From: an uncultured Anaerolineales bacterium
GTDB taxonomy: Bacteria > Chloroflexota > Anaerolineae > Anaerolineales > UBA4823
Reading direction: 5' to 3'
NCBI GenBank assembly: GCA_937928795.1
Contig: CALFWB010000003.1
Span: 56,971 to 120,970, forward strand
Length of the DNA: 64,000 nucleotides
A program made the position numbers and the translations under genes. Of the stretch, positions 37,009 to 46,907 are shown one piece after another (the first letter of the stretch is position 1; each line of letters opens with the position of its first letter). The notes beneath the pieces were generated by a model, which worked only from the letters and a program-made list of their open reading frames with translations, had not been told where the DNA came from and ran no database searches.

Positions 37009-39348
37009 ATGGTAGGTAAGTATCTTCGGATTACGGGTATTGTTCAAGGTGTTGGATTTCGACCATTTGTCTACAAGTTAGCCAACCAAGAACATTTGCT
37101 AGGGTGGGTGAAGAATACCAGCGCGGGGGTTGAAATTGTTGTAGAGGGCAACGACAAGGCGGTTGCCCAGTTTATCGAGCGGATCAAAACCGAAGCTCCG
37201 CCCCTTGCTCAGATCGATCAAATTGAAGTTCAACCGATTGAAGAAAATCACTTCACCAAATTCGAGATCATCGCATCGCAAGACATTGACTCTGCTTTTA
37301 TTCCAATTTCCCCCGACATTTCGATTTGCCAAGATTGCCTGAACGAATTATTTGACCCCGAGAATCGGCGCTATTTATATCCTTTTATCAATTGTACCAA
37401 CTGTGGTCCGCGTTTCACCATAACAAAAACGATCCCCTATGACCGACCTAACACGACCATGGCAGACTTTCCTCTCTGTGCAGATTGCGCTGCAGAGTAT
37501 CACAACCCCGAAGACCGCCGTTTTCATGCTCAACCCGTAGCCTGTTCTGTGTGTGGACCCCACTTAAGTTTGGTGGTTGAGGGAAAGGAATTGCCCTTTG
37601 AAAACGACCGCGCGATCATCCAAGCTGTTCAGGAGCTTATTAAGCAGGGTTCGATTGTGGCAATCAAGGGAATTGGTGGCTTTCACCTTGCCTGCGACGC
37701 CTTGAACTCTCAAGCTGTTGAGAACCTGCGGAGGAGAAAACAGCGGGTTGACAAACCTTTCGCCCTCATGATGCCAGAGGTGGAAGTCGTTCAGCAGCAC
37801 TGCGTTTTGACCCAAGCCGACATCGACTTGCTCACTTCAAAAGAACGCCCCATTGTCCTGCTACCCAGACGATCCTCTTCCACAGTTGCACAAAACACTG
37901 CCCCTAACCAGAATTTTATGGGCGTCATGTTACCCTATAGCCCTTTGCATTACTTGCTTTTTTATAACTTCGAACGAGAAACTTATCAGGATTATCCGTT
38001 AGAAGCGATCGTGCTCACGAGCGGTAACCGCTCTGAGGAACCCATTGCAACCGATAACGATCAAGCTTTGTCTCAACTAGCTCCCCTTGCAGATGCCTTT
38101 CTACTCCATAATCGTCCTATCCATATTCGCTGTGACGACTCGGTTGTCCGCACTGTAACAGCAAGCGGAGGAGCGCGAAAGCCCTACCCTATCCGCCGCT
38201 CGCGTGGCTATGCTCCCAATCCAATCCGCCTGCCTTGGAAATCGCAGCAAATCTTAGGAGTGGGGGCGGAATTGAAAAATACCTTCTGTTTGAGTCGTGA
38301 AGAATACGCCTTTATCAGTCATCACATCGGCGATTTAGAAAACTTTGAGACCTATCAATCCTTCGAGGAAGGTATTCACCATTACCAAACCCTCTTTCGC
38401 ATTCTGCCGCAAGGTATTGCTTACGATAAACATCCCAATTACCTTTCCACTCGTTATGCCCTTGAAAGGGCAAAGCGAGAAAACATCCCTCTTTTTGCAG
38501 TCCAACATCATCATGCCCACATTGCCAGTTGCCTAGCCGAAAATGGCTGGCAAACCGATGACGCTGTAATCGGGGTTTCCTTCGATGGCACCGGATATGG
38601 AGATGACGGTGCCATTTGGGGAGGAGAGTTTTTTATTGCCTCTTATACAGCCTATCAGAGAGTTGCTCATTTGCAGTATTTGCCTTTGCCCGGAGGCGAT
38701 CGTTCGATCCGTGTCCCGGCGCGGATTGCCCTTTCTTATTTACGTCACTTGGGGATTGAATGGTCTCAACACCTGCCCGCTTATCAAGCTCTCTGCGCCG
38801 ATGAACGGCAGTTGTTAATCTCCCAATTGGAGCACAACATCAATCTCGCCTATACCTCTAGTATGGGTAGATTGTTCGATATGGTGGCCGCACTAATCGG
38901 CGTGCGTCAGAAAATCAACTACGAAGCCCAGGCGGCCATTGAGTTAGAAGCCATAGCTTCTCCCGATGAAAGTTGCTCCTACCCATTTGATTTGCTCTCT
39001 CATCCAGAAGCATCGAGCGATGTGATTGAGATTGGTGTTAAGAGGTTGATCCAATCTGTATTGGATGATTATCTACAGGGGACTGCACCTGCGCTTATTT
39101 CAAGCCGATTTCACCGCACAGTTGCAGAAATTGTCCTTGACGTATGCCAAATTTTACGGGAGAGGACTGGTATTCACTACGTTGCGTTAAGCGGAGGCGT
39201 TTGGCAAAATATCACTTTGCTCGAGCAGACTTGCCGGTATCTAAATGACGCCGGCTTCCACGTCTTGACTCATCAACATGTTCCTGCCAATGATGGTGGC
39301 ATCTCCTTAGGCCAAGTAGCCATCGTGACAAAGATACTTGGTAGTTGA
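37009..39348 (+). CDS. hypF: [NiFe]-hydrogenase maturation carbamoyltransferase HypF
   Basis: 779 aa. Acylphosphatase-like N-terminus, two zinc-finger pairs (CxxC x4), YrdC-like and Kae1-like domains. Confidence 0.95.
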   Translation: MVGKYLRITGIVQGVGFRPFVYKLANQEHLLGWVKNTSAGVEIVVEGNDKAVAQFIERIKTEAPPLAQIDQIEVQPIEENHFTKFEIIASQDIDSAFIPISPDISICQDCLNELFDPENRRYLYPFINCTNCGPRFTITKTIPYDRPNTTMADFPLCADCAAEYHNPEDRRFHAQPVACSVCGPHLSLVVEGKELPFENDRAIIQAVQELIKQGSIVAIKGIGGFHLACDALNSQAVENLRRRKQRVDKPFALMMPEVEVVQQHCVLTQADIDLLTSKERPIVLLPRRSSSTVAQNTAPNQNFMGVMLPYSPLHYLLFYNFERETYQDYPLEAIVLTSGNRSEEPIATDNDQALSQLAPLADAFLLHNRPIHIRCDDSVVRTVTASGGARKPYPIRRSRGYAPNPIRLPWKSQQILGVGAELKNTFCLSREEYAFISHHIGDLENFETYQSFEEGIHHYQTLFRILPQGIAYDKHPNYLSTRYALERAKRENIPLFAVQHHHAHIASCLAENGWQTDDAVIGVSFDGTGYGDDGAIWGGEFFIASYTAYQRVAHLQYLPLPGGDRSIRVPARIALSYLRHLGIEWSQHLPAYQALCADERQLLISQLEHNINLAYTSSMGRLFDMVAALIGVRQKINYEAQAAIELEAIASPDESCSYPFDLLSHPEASSDVIEIGVKRLIQSVLDDYLQGTAPALISSRFHRTVAEIVLDVCQILRERTGIHYVALSGGVWQNITLLEQTCRYLNDAGFHVLTHQHVPANDGGISLGQVAIVTKILGS

Positions 39349-39372
39349 TCAGATATTCTAGGAGTGTGAGAA

Positions 39373-39624
39373 ATGTGTTTAGGTGTACCCGGAAAAATTG
39401 TTGAAATCTACGAAACGAATGGTCTGGCGATGGGAAAGATCGACTTTGGGGGTGTCTTGCGCGAGGCATGTCTAACCTACGTCCCTGAAGCCAAACTGGG
39501 TGACTACGTGCTTGTCCATGTAGGATTCGCTCTTAATGTCATCAGTGAAGAAGAAGCAAAGGAAACCCTTGCTTTGCTGAATGAAATTGTAAATCTTGAA
39601 GAAGAAATCTCCGCTCAGGACTAG
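39373..39624 (+). CDS. hypC: Hydrogenase assembly chaperone HypC/HupF
   Basis: 83 aa with the MCLGVPGKI N-terminus. Confidence 0.9.
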   Translation: MCLGVPGKIVEIYETNGLAMGKIDFGGVLREACLTYVPEAKLGDYVLVHVGFALNVISEEEAKETLALLNEIVNLEEEISAQD

Positions 39625-39627
39625 AGC

Positions 39628-40746
39628 ATGGATCAGAAACTTTGGAATGGCTTTCGTGAGCCCAAGCTGGTTCAGGCGAAAATTCGCCAAATTCAGAAAA
39701 TTGTGACTCGCCCATGGACAATCATGGAAATTTGTGGGGGACAAACTCACGCAATCAAAAAATACGGGCTAGACCAATTGTTGCCCCCAGAAATTGAGTT
39801 CATCCATGGACCTGGTTGCCCGGTTTGCGTAACCTCGCTTGAACTGGTTGATAAAGCTCTCCAAATCGCCTCATTGCCGAATGTCATTTTTACCTCTTAT
39901 GGGGACATGCTACGGGTGCCGGGATCGACAGGTGACTTGTTCAGTGTCAAGGCAAACGGTGGTGATGTGCGGGTAGTTTATTCCCCACTGGATAGTCTGA
40001 AAATTGCCCGCGAGAATCCCGAAAAAGAGGTTGTCTTCTTTGCCATTGGCTTTGAGACAACGGCACCGGCAAATGCCATGTGTGTCTTACAAGCTCAGTC
40101 CCTAAAGATTAATAATTTCAGCATGTTAGTTTCGCATGTCTGTGTTCCGCCAGCGATGCGAGCGATTTTATCCTCGCCTACCAATCGAGTGCAAGGTTTT
40201 CTGGCTGCTGGGCATGTTTGTACCGTAATGGGCTATTGGGAATACCCTCCCATTGCCCAAGAGTTTCGCATTCCTATCGTGGTGACTGGATTTGAACCTC
40301 TAGATATTTTAGAGGGTGTTTATCGTGTCGTTCGACAACTGGAAAAAGGTACTTACGAGGTAGAAAACGCTTATTCGCGCTTGGTTACTTACGAGGGAAA
40401 TGTTTCAGCTCAAAAGGTAATCCAGCAGGTATTTGAAGTCTGTGATCGGAAGTGGCGCGGTATTGGGGTGATCCCCCAAAGCGGCTGGAAATTGCGCAAG
40501 GAATATGCCCAATTCGATGCCGAAACTCGGTTCGATATCCAATCCATTGTCACGCAGGAGTCGCCGTTATGTATTGCTGGGTTCGTTCTACAAGGTATCA
40601 AGAAGCCCTATGAGTGCTCCGCTTTCGGCACGCTTTGTACTCCTGAAAATCCTCTAGGTGCCACGATGGTCTCTTCAGAAGGTGCTTGTGCAGCTTATTA
40701 CCAATATTCTCGCAACCTCCCAGTCCCCAAGATGAACCATGTCTGA
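39628..40746 (+). CDS. hypD: Hydrogenase formation protein HypD
   Basis: 372 aa. Contains [16 protein letters not shown] and GFETT. Confidence 0.95.
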   Translation: MDQKLWNGFREPKLVQAKIRQIQKIVTRPWTIMEICGGQTHAIKKYGLDQLLPPEIEFIHGPGCPVCVTSLELVDKALQIASLPNVIFTSYGDMLRVPGSTGDLFSVKANGGDVRVVYSPLDSLKIARENPEKEVVFFAIGFETTAPANAMCVLQAQSLKINNFSMLVSHVCVPPAMRAILSSPTNRVQGFLAAGHVCTVMGYWEYPPIAQEFRIPIVVTGFEPLDILEGVYRVVRQLEKGTYEVENAYSRLVTYEGNVSAQKVIQQVFEVCDRKWRGIGVIPQSGWKLRKEYAQFDAETRFDIQSIVTQESPLCIAGFVLQGIKKPYECSAFGTLCTPENPLGATMVSSEGACAAYYQYSRNLPVPKMNHV

Positions 40747-41830
40747 CCAAAATCAACAAGCCTTCGATTTCCTAGGAGCCTATTGCCCCCTTCCGCTCAC
40801 CCATTCTGATCAAATCGTCCTAGGTCACGGGAGTGGCGGTCGGTTAACTCACGATTTGATTGAGAGGGTTTTTGCAGCTCACTTCTCTAATCCCTTCCTT
40901 AACCGAGGAGATGATGGCGTGGGGTTAACCATCGCCGATCCTGAGGTTGAAATCGTTGTGAGCACTGACTCGCATGTCATTTCACCCATTTTTTTCCCAG
41001 GAGGTGATATCGGCAGATTAGCCGTTTGTGGGACGGTGAATGATCTATCGGTAATGGGTGCCAAACCGTTATACTTAACCGCAGGATTTATTCTGGAAGA
41101 AGGACTGCAAATCGAAGTGCTCGAATATATCGTTCAGTCTATGGCAAGCGCTGCTGCAGAAGCTGGGGTTGTCATTGTTGCTGGCGATACAAAAGTGGTC
41201 GAGCGAGGGAAGGGAGATGGGATTTTTATCAATACAAGTGGTATTGGAGTGCGCCCCAAATCCTGGCAGCTTAGTGGGCGCAACGTAAAAGTGGGCGATC
41301 AAATCCTCTTATCCGGGCCGATTGGCGAGCATGGCATTGCCGTCTTGCAAGCCCGCGGAGAGTTGGGTTTCACGTCTGAGATTCGCAGTGATGTTGCCCC
41401 GCTCAATGCCATGATTGCGAAAGCCCTAAAAGCCGCAGAACATCCCGGAGGCAATGCAATTCACGCTATGCGGGACCCAACCCGTGGCGGATTAGCAACC
41501 ACCCTCAATGAGATTGCTCGTCAGTCCAACTTGGGCATGGTGATCCACGAAGCAACTATCCCCATTCACGAAACGGTATCTGCGGTGTGTGAAATGCTAG
41601 GTTTTGACCCGCTCTACGTGGCAAACGAGGGAAAGTGTGTGTTTTTCGTTGATGAGCAATACGCATCGGTTGTCCTAGAAGCTATTCGTTCCACCGATAA
41701 CGGCTCCCAAGCCGTCGTTATCGGTGAACTTGTTGCTGAACATCCTCAGAAAGTGCTTTTACGGACGAGCATGGGTAGCACACGCCTGTTGGATATGCTA
41801 TCTGGCGAAATGTTGCCGCGCATCTGTTGA
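40739..41830 (+). CDS. hypE: Hydrogenase expression/formation protein HypE
   Basis: 363 aa. PurM-like fold with the C-terminal PRIC motif. Confidence 0.95.
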   Translation: MSDQNQQAFDFLGAYCPLPLTHSDQIVLGHGSGGRLTHDLIERVFAAHFSNPFLNRGDDGVGLTIADPEVEIVVSTDSHVISPIFFPGGDIGRLAVCGTVNDLSVMGAKPLYLTAGFILEEGLQIEVLEYIVQSMASAAAEAGVVIVAGDTKVVERGKGDGIFINTSGIGVRPKSWQLSGRNVKVGDQILLSGPIGEHGIAVLQARGELGFTSEIRSDVAPLNAMIAKALKAAEHPGGNAIHAMRDPTRGGLATTLNEIARQSNLGMVIHEATIPIHETVSAVCEMLGFDPLYVANEGKCVFFVDEQYASVVLEAIRSTDNGSQAVVIGELVAEHPQKVLLRTSMGSTRLLDMLSGEMLPRIC

Positions 41831-41921
41831 TGACACAAAGAGTAAGGCAAGCCTTAGACTTGCCACCTAGTCGGCGTTTTTGTCACATGTCTTGCGACAC
41901 GGCTCAAGATGTTATGCAAGA

Positions 41922-42494
41922 TCATTTGCGGCAAACAACCCAATACTGGTTTGTGTTGCGATGGATGACCACTTCTTTAGATAAGGGAGCAAGGACGGAT
42001 TGGACTCTTTCGGCGGGCAGCAAGTGGCTTCGCATTAGAAGCAGTTTCTCGAAGAGGGCGATCAGCACACCCCCCCACTGTTGAATATCGGGTTCTTGAA
42101 CAATCAGCAAACCGTTCATCTTTAAAACGCGTAGACATTCCCTGAGGGTTCTAGAGGCATCGGCTACGTGATGCAAGGTGTCGATGAGGAGTATCCTCTC
42201 AAAGCTGTTGTCAGAGAAAGGCATCCTCTCTGCTTCACATAGGGCAAGTTTAACGCCTAGTTTTTGGTTAGCAATCTTTAGCATCCCAAAACTACTATCG
42301 GCTATCGTAATGTCGGGTTGCAAGTTAATCAATTGCCGCGTGACTCTGCCGGTGCCTCCCCCTACATCCAAAACTTTACCGTTTGTGGGGAATCCTCCGT
42401 ATTGAATCAACGCCTCAATGTTTGCGTCTGGAATGATGAGATCGTAAATTGGCGCAATCCAATCGAAATGGTCGAATGATAACCGGATAGGCAT
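41922..42494 (-). CDS. Class I SAM-dependent methyltransferase
   Basis: 190 aa with motif I VLDVGGGTG. Confidence 0.8.
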   Translation of the reverse strand: MPIRLSFDHFDWIAPIYDLIIPDANIEALIQYGGFPTNGKVLDVGGGTGRVTRQLINLQPDITIADSSFGMLKIANQKLGVKLALCEAERMPFSDNSFERILLIDTLHHVADASRTLRECLRVLKMNGLLIVQEPDIQQWGGVLIALFEKLLLMRSHLLPAERVQSVLAPLSKEVVIHRNTNQYWVVCRK

Positions 42495-42502
42495 GGTTTG
42501 TT

Positions 42503-43207
42503 CTACCGATAAACAACAGGAAAAAACACCTTTTCTCTAAGGGGTTGATCGAACCAAGTAAAATTGATCAATATCAAATTCTTGCGACAATCTTTATAAG
42601 TGATTAGGGGAAGAGCTTCATTGAGCTGATTTCCGTCTCGGTCAAAGACTCGCAAACTAAGCGCACCTTGCGAGTCAAATGGTTGATCACCTAGCTTAAT
42701 TTCATAGCCACCCGGTCCGATGGGCAGAGATGTACCCGTCATTCCTAGGGCGAGAATTTCAAATCCATTGACCCTGCCGCTGACCTCTAAAATTATGCCG
42801 TTAACGGGTTTGCCAACGGTGTTGAAGATTTGTCCGGCTACACCTGTCCACTGGCAGCCTAGTTCAGGGTGCAAGAAATTAACCAAATACACGGGGGATT
42901 GCGGTTGGGTGTAAACGAGAACTTCTACAGGAATGAGCGTTGGAATAGCGGTCGGTAAGGGTGATGGCGTAGGCTCCTCACCTACCGGCTTTGTTTCGCT
43001 ATCTGTTATGGTTGGTGGGTTAAAGAGAGGTAGTGTCTCGGGGGTGTTGGTTGGTTTTTCTCGAATGGTCTCTGTGTTTAAAGGGGGTTGGGTTTCGGTT
43101 GGCTGGTTTGTAGGGAGGTTTGGCTGAGATAGCTGGCAGGATAGTAAGATTATTGAGATTGTGGTTGTTTTGAGCAGTTTATACATCATTTTTGGTTTTG
43201 TATACAT
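42503..43207 (-). CDS. Secreted Pro/Thr-rich putative lipoprotein
   Basis: Signal sequence with a lipobox-like LLSC, a long P/T/E-rich linker and a beta-rich C-terminal domain. The start is ambiguous (several Met codons). Confidence 0.5.
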   Translation of the reverse strand: MYTKPKMMYKLLKTTTISIILLSCQLSQPNLPTNQPTETQPPLNTETIREKPTNTPETLPLFNPPTITDSETKPVGEEPTPSPLPTAIPTLIPVEVLVYTQPQSPVYLVNFLHPELGCQWTGVAGQIFNTVGKPVNGIILEVSGRVNGFEILALGMTGTSLPIGPGGYEIKLGDQPFDSQGALSLRVFDRDGNQLNEALPLITYKDCRKNLILINFTWFDQPLREKVFFPVVYR

Positions 43208-43260
43208 TGGCTATACGCACTAGCTGGAACCCAATTTTTATTGCGCCAATTGCTCGTCTT

Positions 43261-44187
43261 CTAATCCATTTTAGGGGCTTGTTGTAATTGTTTCTCCCAA
43301 TACGTTATAGTTCCAAGCTCTTGAACGATTTTTGCTCCACAATCGTTTGCCTGCCAGCAAGCCTCGGGTAAGTCTTTCCCCCTAACAAGCGCAGCAATCA
43401 GCCCAGCAGCAAATGCGTCTCCCGCTCCAGTAGTATCAACAACATTAACGGGCTGAGCTGGGATCATTTCAGCCTTTCCACTACTGTGCACATAACAGCC
43501 TTCTCCACCCGCTTTTACAACGACAGCTTTAGCTCCCGCCCCAATCAAGCTGCCAGCAGCATCCTGGATTGTGTCTTTCCCGGTCAGTTTTGCCGCCTCA
43601 ACTTTGTTACAAAGAAATACATCAACCTCCCCTAAGCAGGAAAACAAATACTCCGGTCTCCAATATCGCTTAGAGTTGACGACATCTAAAGTTACGATCC
43701 ATCCAATCTGACGAGCTTTCCTCAGGAAACCGACCAATTGCTCATCCAGTAGTCCCGGCAGAACAAAGAAGCCTGCAATATGCAGAAGCTTTATGCTGGC
43801 TATGCGAAATAATTCCTGCGGGAAATCTTCCAGCCTCAATCGCCCATTCGCCCCAGGTGTGTGAATAAAGCGAGGTTGCGCATCGTGATCGACCAGCCCA
43901 ACGCTTACCGCCGTATGGACACTTGGATCAACCTGAACATAGTCCAAATTTATCCCAAAGTTCAACCAGGTTCTTCGCAGAAGTTCTGCAGCAGGGTCCT
44001 CTCCAACTTTGCACACTAAAGCAGGCTCGACCCCCAAAGCAGCCAGACCAACCGCAACATTTGATGCACAACCTCCGGGCGAAAGGATAACTCGATCGAA
44101 GGAAACCGATTCATAACGGGGTACGTCATCCACCGTTTGACAGATGACGTCTAGGGTTACATTCCCAAAGACGACAACTTCAACCAT
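43261..44187 (-). CDS. PfkB-family carbohydrate kinase (ribokinase-like)
   Basis: 308 aa with the C-terminal motif DTTGAGDAF. Confidence 0.85.
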   Translation of the reverse strand: MVEVVVFGNVTLDVICQTVDDVPRYESVSFDRVILSPGGCASNVAVGLAALGVEPALVCKVGEDPAAELLRRTWLNFGINLDYVQVDPSVHTAVSVGLVDHDAQPRFIHTPGANGRLRLEDFPQELFRIASIKLLHIAGFFVLPGLLDEQLVGFLRKARQIGWIVTLDVVNSKRYWRPEYLFSCLGEVDVFLCNKVEAAKLTGKDTIQDAAGSLIGAGAKAVVVKAGGEGCYVHSSGKAEMIPAQPVNVVDTTGAGDAFAAGLIAALVRGKDLPEACWQANDCGAKIVQELGTITYWEKQLQQAPKMD

Positions 44188-44192
44188 CGCGC

Positions 44193-44426
44193 TTAAAAGT
44201 CTTCGTCGTCGTCAATCCAGAGATCGTCTTCGTCTTCTAGTTCGTCCCATTCATCTTCGTCAATCAGTTCTTCGTCTTCATCCTCCCAATCCTCTTCAAC
44301 GTCCAGATCGTCTGATCGCTTGAAGGTCATACATCCAACGTCGGGATCAATTTCAATAGCTGCTGCTCCGCAATAACCATCATCCAGAAAGACACAATCC
44401 AAATAATGACAGCGAATGCGTGGCAT
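44193..44426 (-). CDS. DUF1540-like Cys-motif protein with polyacidic C-terminal tail
   Basis: 77 aa. Cys pattern C-x4-C-x8-C-x13-C followed by MTF, then about 40 residues that are almost all D/E/W. SD AGGAGG. Confidence 0.6.
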   Translation of the reverse strand: MPRIRCHYLDCVFLDDGYCGAAAIEIDPDVGCMTFKRSDDLDVEEDWEDEDEELIDEDEWDELEDEDDLWIDDDEDF

Positions 44427-44516
44427 TTAAGTACCTCCTGAAAGATTTTACCGACCTGTTTAGCTTGCAAACGGCGGTGCGGAATTATACCAGACTTATC
44501 ATTCTGTAGCGACCTC

Positions 44517-46760
44517 TTAACCCGGTCTAACCCGAATCGCCTCGGTGACATTGGGCAAATTTTCTAATCGATCCAACAAACGACTTAGTTCAGCTATATC
44601 ATGTACCTCCAGCGTAATATTAATAACAGCCAGATTACGGCTTGTCTCCACGGATATCGACGACATATTCACTCCCTCATCTGCGACCAACGTCGAAATA
44701 TCTTTCATAAGGCCATTCCGATCATAAGCTTTGATGCGGATCGGTACCGGGTACGTGCTTTTTGGTTCACCCCAAGAGACTTTGACGAGACGTTCCCGAT
44801 CACGAATCCGCATAATATTAGGGCAGTCTTGACGATGAATCGTTGCCCCACGGCCTCTCGTTATGTAACCGATGATCTCATCTCCGGGAGCCGGATTGCA
44901 ACAGCGAGCAATATTGGTCAATAGTCCTTTTACGCCCAAAACAGTGACCGTTTCTTCCGTGCGACTGGCTTCAGATGTCACACGCGGTTGAGATACCTCT
45001 GCTTGAGAGGTTTCTTTCTCACCTAGGGTTAGATGATTGACAATTCGACCAATATTGATATCCCCACACCCTACTGCCTCAAAAAAATCATCCGTCGATT
45101 TTAGGTCGAATTCCTTCGCCAATCGCTCTAAGTTAATATCCATTAGCCCCAATCGTCGCAATTCTTTTTCGATTAAGATCTTGCCTTGAGCGATATTTTG
45201 CTCGCGGGCTTGCTTCTTGAACCATTGTCGGATTTTCGCCTTAGCCCTTTGGGTGCGTACCAACCCCAGATTCGGGTTCAGCCAATCACGGCTCGGGCCA
45301 CCGCGTTTAGCAGTTAAGATTTCAACCTGATCCCCGGTTTTTAGTGTGTAATCTAAAGAAACTAACTTGCCATTTACCTTTGCGCCTCGGCAGCGATGTC
45401 CAATATCGGTATGAACATGATAGGCAAAATCAATCGGGGTCGATTTAGCCGGCAAATCGATAATATCGCCTTTGGGAGTAAACACATAGACCCGATCCTG
45501 AAAGACGTCGGTCTTCATGCTATCGAGGAATTCCTTGGCATCAGCGACATCTTGCCGCCATTCCATCAAGGATCGCAACCAAAGCAATCGCTTTTCATAT
45601 TCGTTGTCTCGAGAAACCCCCTCTTTGTAGCGCCAATGAGCCGCAATCCCGTACTCTGCGTTTTGATGCATTTCAGGCGTCCGGATCTGACATTCAAGCG
45701 TTTTCCCGTCATCAAAGATCACAGCCGTATGCAACGATTGGTAAAAATTATCCTTCGGGGCAGCGATATAATCATCAAAAGCCCCTGGAATGGGGCGCCA
45801 ATTGGTGTGGATAACCCCCAAGGCTGCATAACAGGTCGGTATATCCGCCACAATGATCCGCACCCCTCTGACATCATAAACCATATCAAACGGAATCCCC
45901 TTCCGTTTCATCTTCATGTAAATGGAATAGATATGTTTTGGTCGAGCGGTAATCTCAGCTTGAATGCCTGCTTTACTCAAGCAAGCATTGAGCTTTGCTC
46001 GAATTGTCTCCATTTCGGTTTCACGTTGAGAACGTCGCGCAGCAAGCAAATCGGCGATTTCCTTGTACTTTTGCGGCTCCACATAGCGAAAACTAAGGTC
46101 TTCCAATTCCCACTTCATATTCCAGATGCCCAAGCGATTGGCAAGTGGAGCAAAGATATCTAGGGTTTGTTGCGCAATCCGCTTGCGCTTATGTTCTGGC
46201 ATGTAACTAAGGGTACGCATATTATGCAAGCGATCTGCCAACTTAATCAGAACCACGTTGACATCTTCCCCCATGGCCAGGAAAGTTTTACGCAAGGTCT
46301 CAGAGACAGCATCATAACGCCGGCTGCGCATCATTTGAGCGGCTTCGGCTTCTGGGTCCGGCAATCCCCGTTTTTCCGCCATTTCCCGCTCCAATTCTTC
46401 CTGTTCCACCGCCTCCGCTTGCTGATCTCCGCGCGAAACCCTGGGGAGATTGGTCAGTTTGGTTACGCCATCCACCAACATTGCCACCCGATCCCCAAAC
46501 CATTGGCGAATCTGTTCAAGGGGCATCTGAGCGTCTTCAACCGTATCATGGAGCAGCGCCGCTACAATGACTTCTGGAGGCACGCGCATTTCCGCCAAAA
46601 TGCCTGCAACGGCAACACAATGGTTAATATAGGGCTCCCCCGAAGCGCGCTTTTGTCCACGGTGAGCTTCCTCAGCGACTTGATAGGCTTTTAGGATAAT
46701 CTCACGGTCAAGTTGTGTGTAATTTTCCGGTAGAATTGACAGCAGGTTTTCTATGCGCAT
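44517..46760 (-). CDS. rel: Bifunctional (p)ppGpp synthetase/hydrolase (RelA/SpoT homologue)
   Basis: 747 aa with HD domain (HRGQKRASGEPYINH, LHDTVED), synthetase domain, TGS and ACT-like C-terminus. Confidence 0.95.
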   Translation of the reverse strand: MRIENLLSILPENYTQLDREIILKAYQVAEEAHRGQKRASGEPYINHCVAVAGILAEMRVPPEVIVAALLHDTVEDAQMPLEQIRQWFGDRVAMLVDGVTKLTNLPRVSRGDQQAEAVEQEELEREMAEKRGLPDPEAEAAQMMRSRRYDAVSETLRKTFLAMGEDVNVVLIKLADRLHNMRTLSYMPEHKRKRIAQQTLDIFAPLANRLGIWNMKWELEDLSFRYVEPQKYKEIADLLAARRSQRETEMETIRAKLNACLSKAGIQAEITARPKHIYSIYMKMKRKGIPFDMVYDVRGVRIIVADIPTCYAALGVIHTNWRPIPGAFDDYIAAPKDNFYQSLHTAVIFDDGKTLECQIRTPEMHQNAEYGIAAHWRYKEGVSRDNEYEKRLLWLRSLMEWRQDVADAKEFLDSMKTDVFQDRVYVFTPKGDIIDLPAKSTPIDFAYHVHTDIGHRCRGAKVNGKLVSLDYTLKTGDQVEILTAKRGGPSRDWLNPNLGLVRTQRAKAKIRQWFKKQAREQNIAQGKILIEKELRRLGLMDINLERLAKEFDLKSTDDFFEAVGCGDINIGRIVNHLTLGEKETSQAEVSQPRVTSEASRTEETVTVLGVKGLLTNIARCCNPAPGDEIIGYITRGRGATIHRQDCPNIMRIRDRERLVKVSWGEPKSTYPVPIRIKAYDRNGLMKDISTLVADEGVNMSSISVETSRNLAVINITLEVHDIAELSRLLDRLENLPNVTEAIRVRPG

Positions 46761-46860
46761 ATCAATTCACTTTTTCTTGAGTACCAAACTTTCTCAATTC
46801 AAGAATTTTCTTTACAGTATACTCATGCCGTTCAAGATAGGCAATAGGTGAGATAGAACA

Positions 46861-46888
46861 AACCGCTCCTGTTTCTACAGGAGCGGTT
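46861..46888 (-). terminator. Strong hairpin terminating the acs/metVF operon
   Basis: AACCGCTCCTG-TTTCTA-CAGGAGCGGTT (11-bp perfect stem), 20 nt downstream of the metVF stop. Followed on the minus strand by TTGTTCT. Confidence 0.65.
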
Positions 46889-46907
46889 ACGTTGTCCCAC
46901 AACTCTT

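Noticed and set aside
45396-46694. Two long antisense ORFs (255 aa and 175 aa) opposite rel.
   Set aside because: They lie entirely within the well-supported rel coding region on the other strand, have low-complexity composition and show no recognisable motifs. The same reasoning applies to the other in-gene shadow ORFs in the track (for example 4601-5095, 14845-15207, 27810-28235, 36190-36585, 48877-49278, 53201-53548, 59664-60170).
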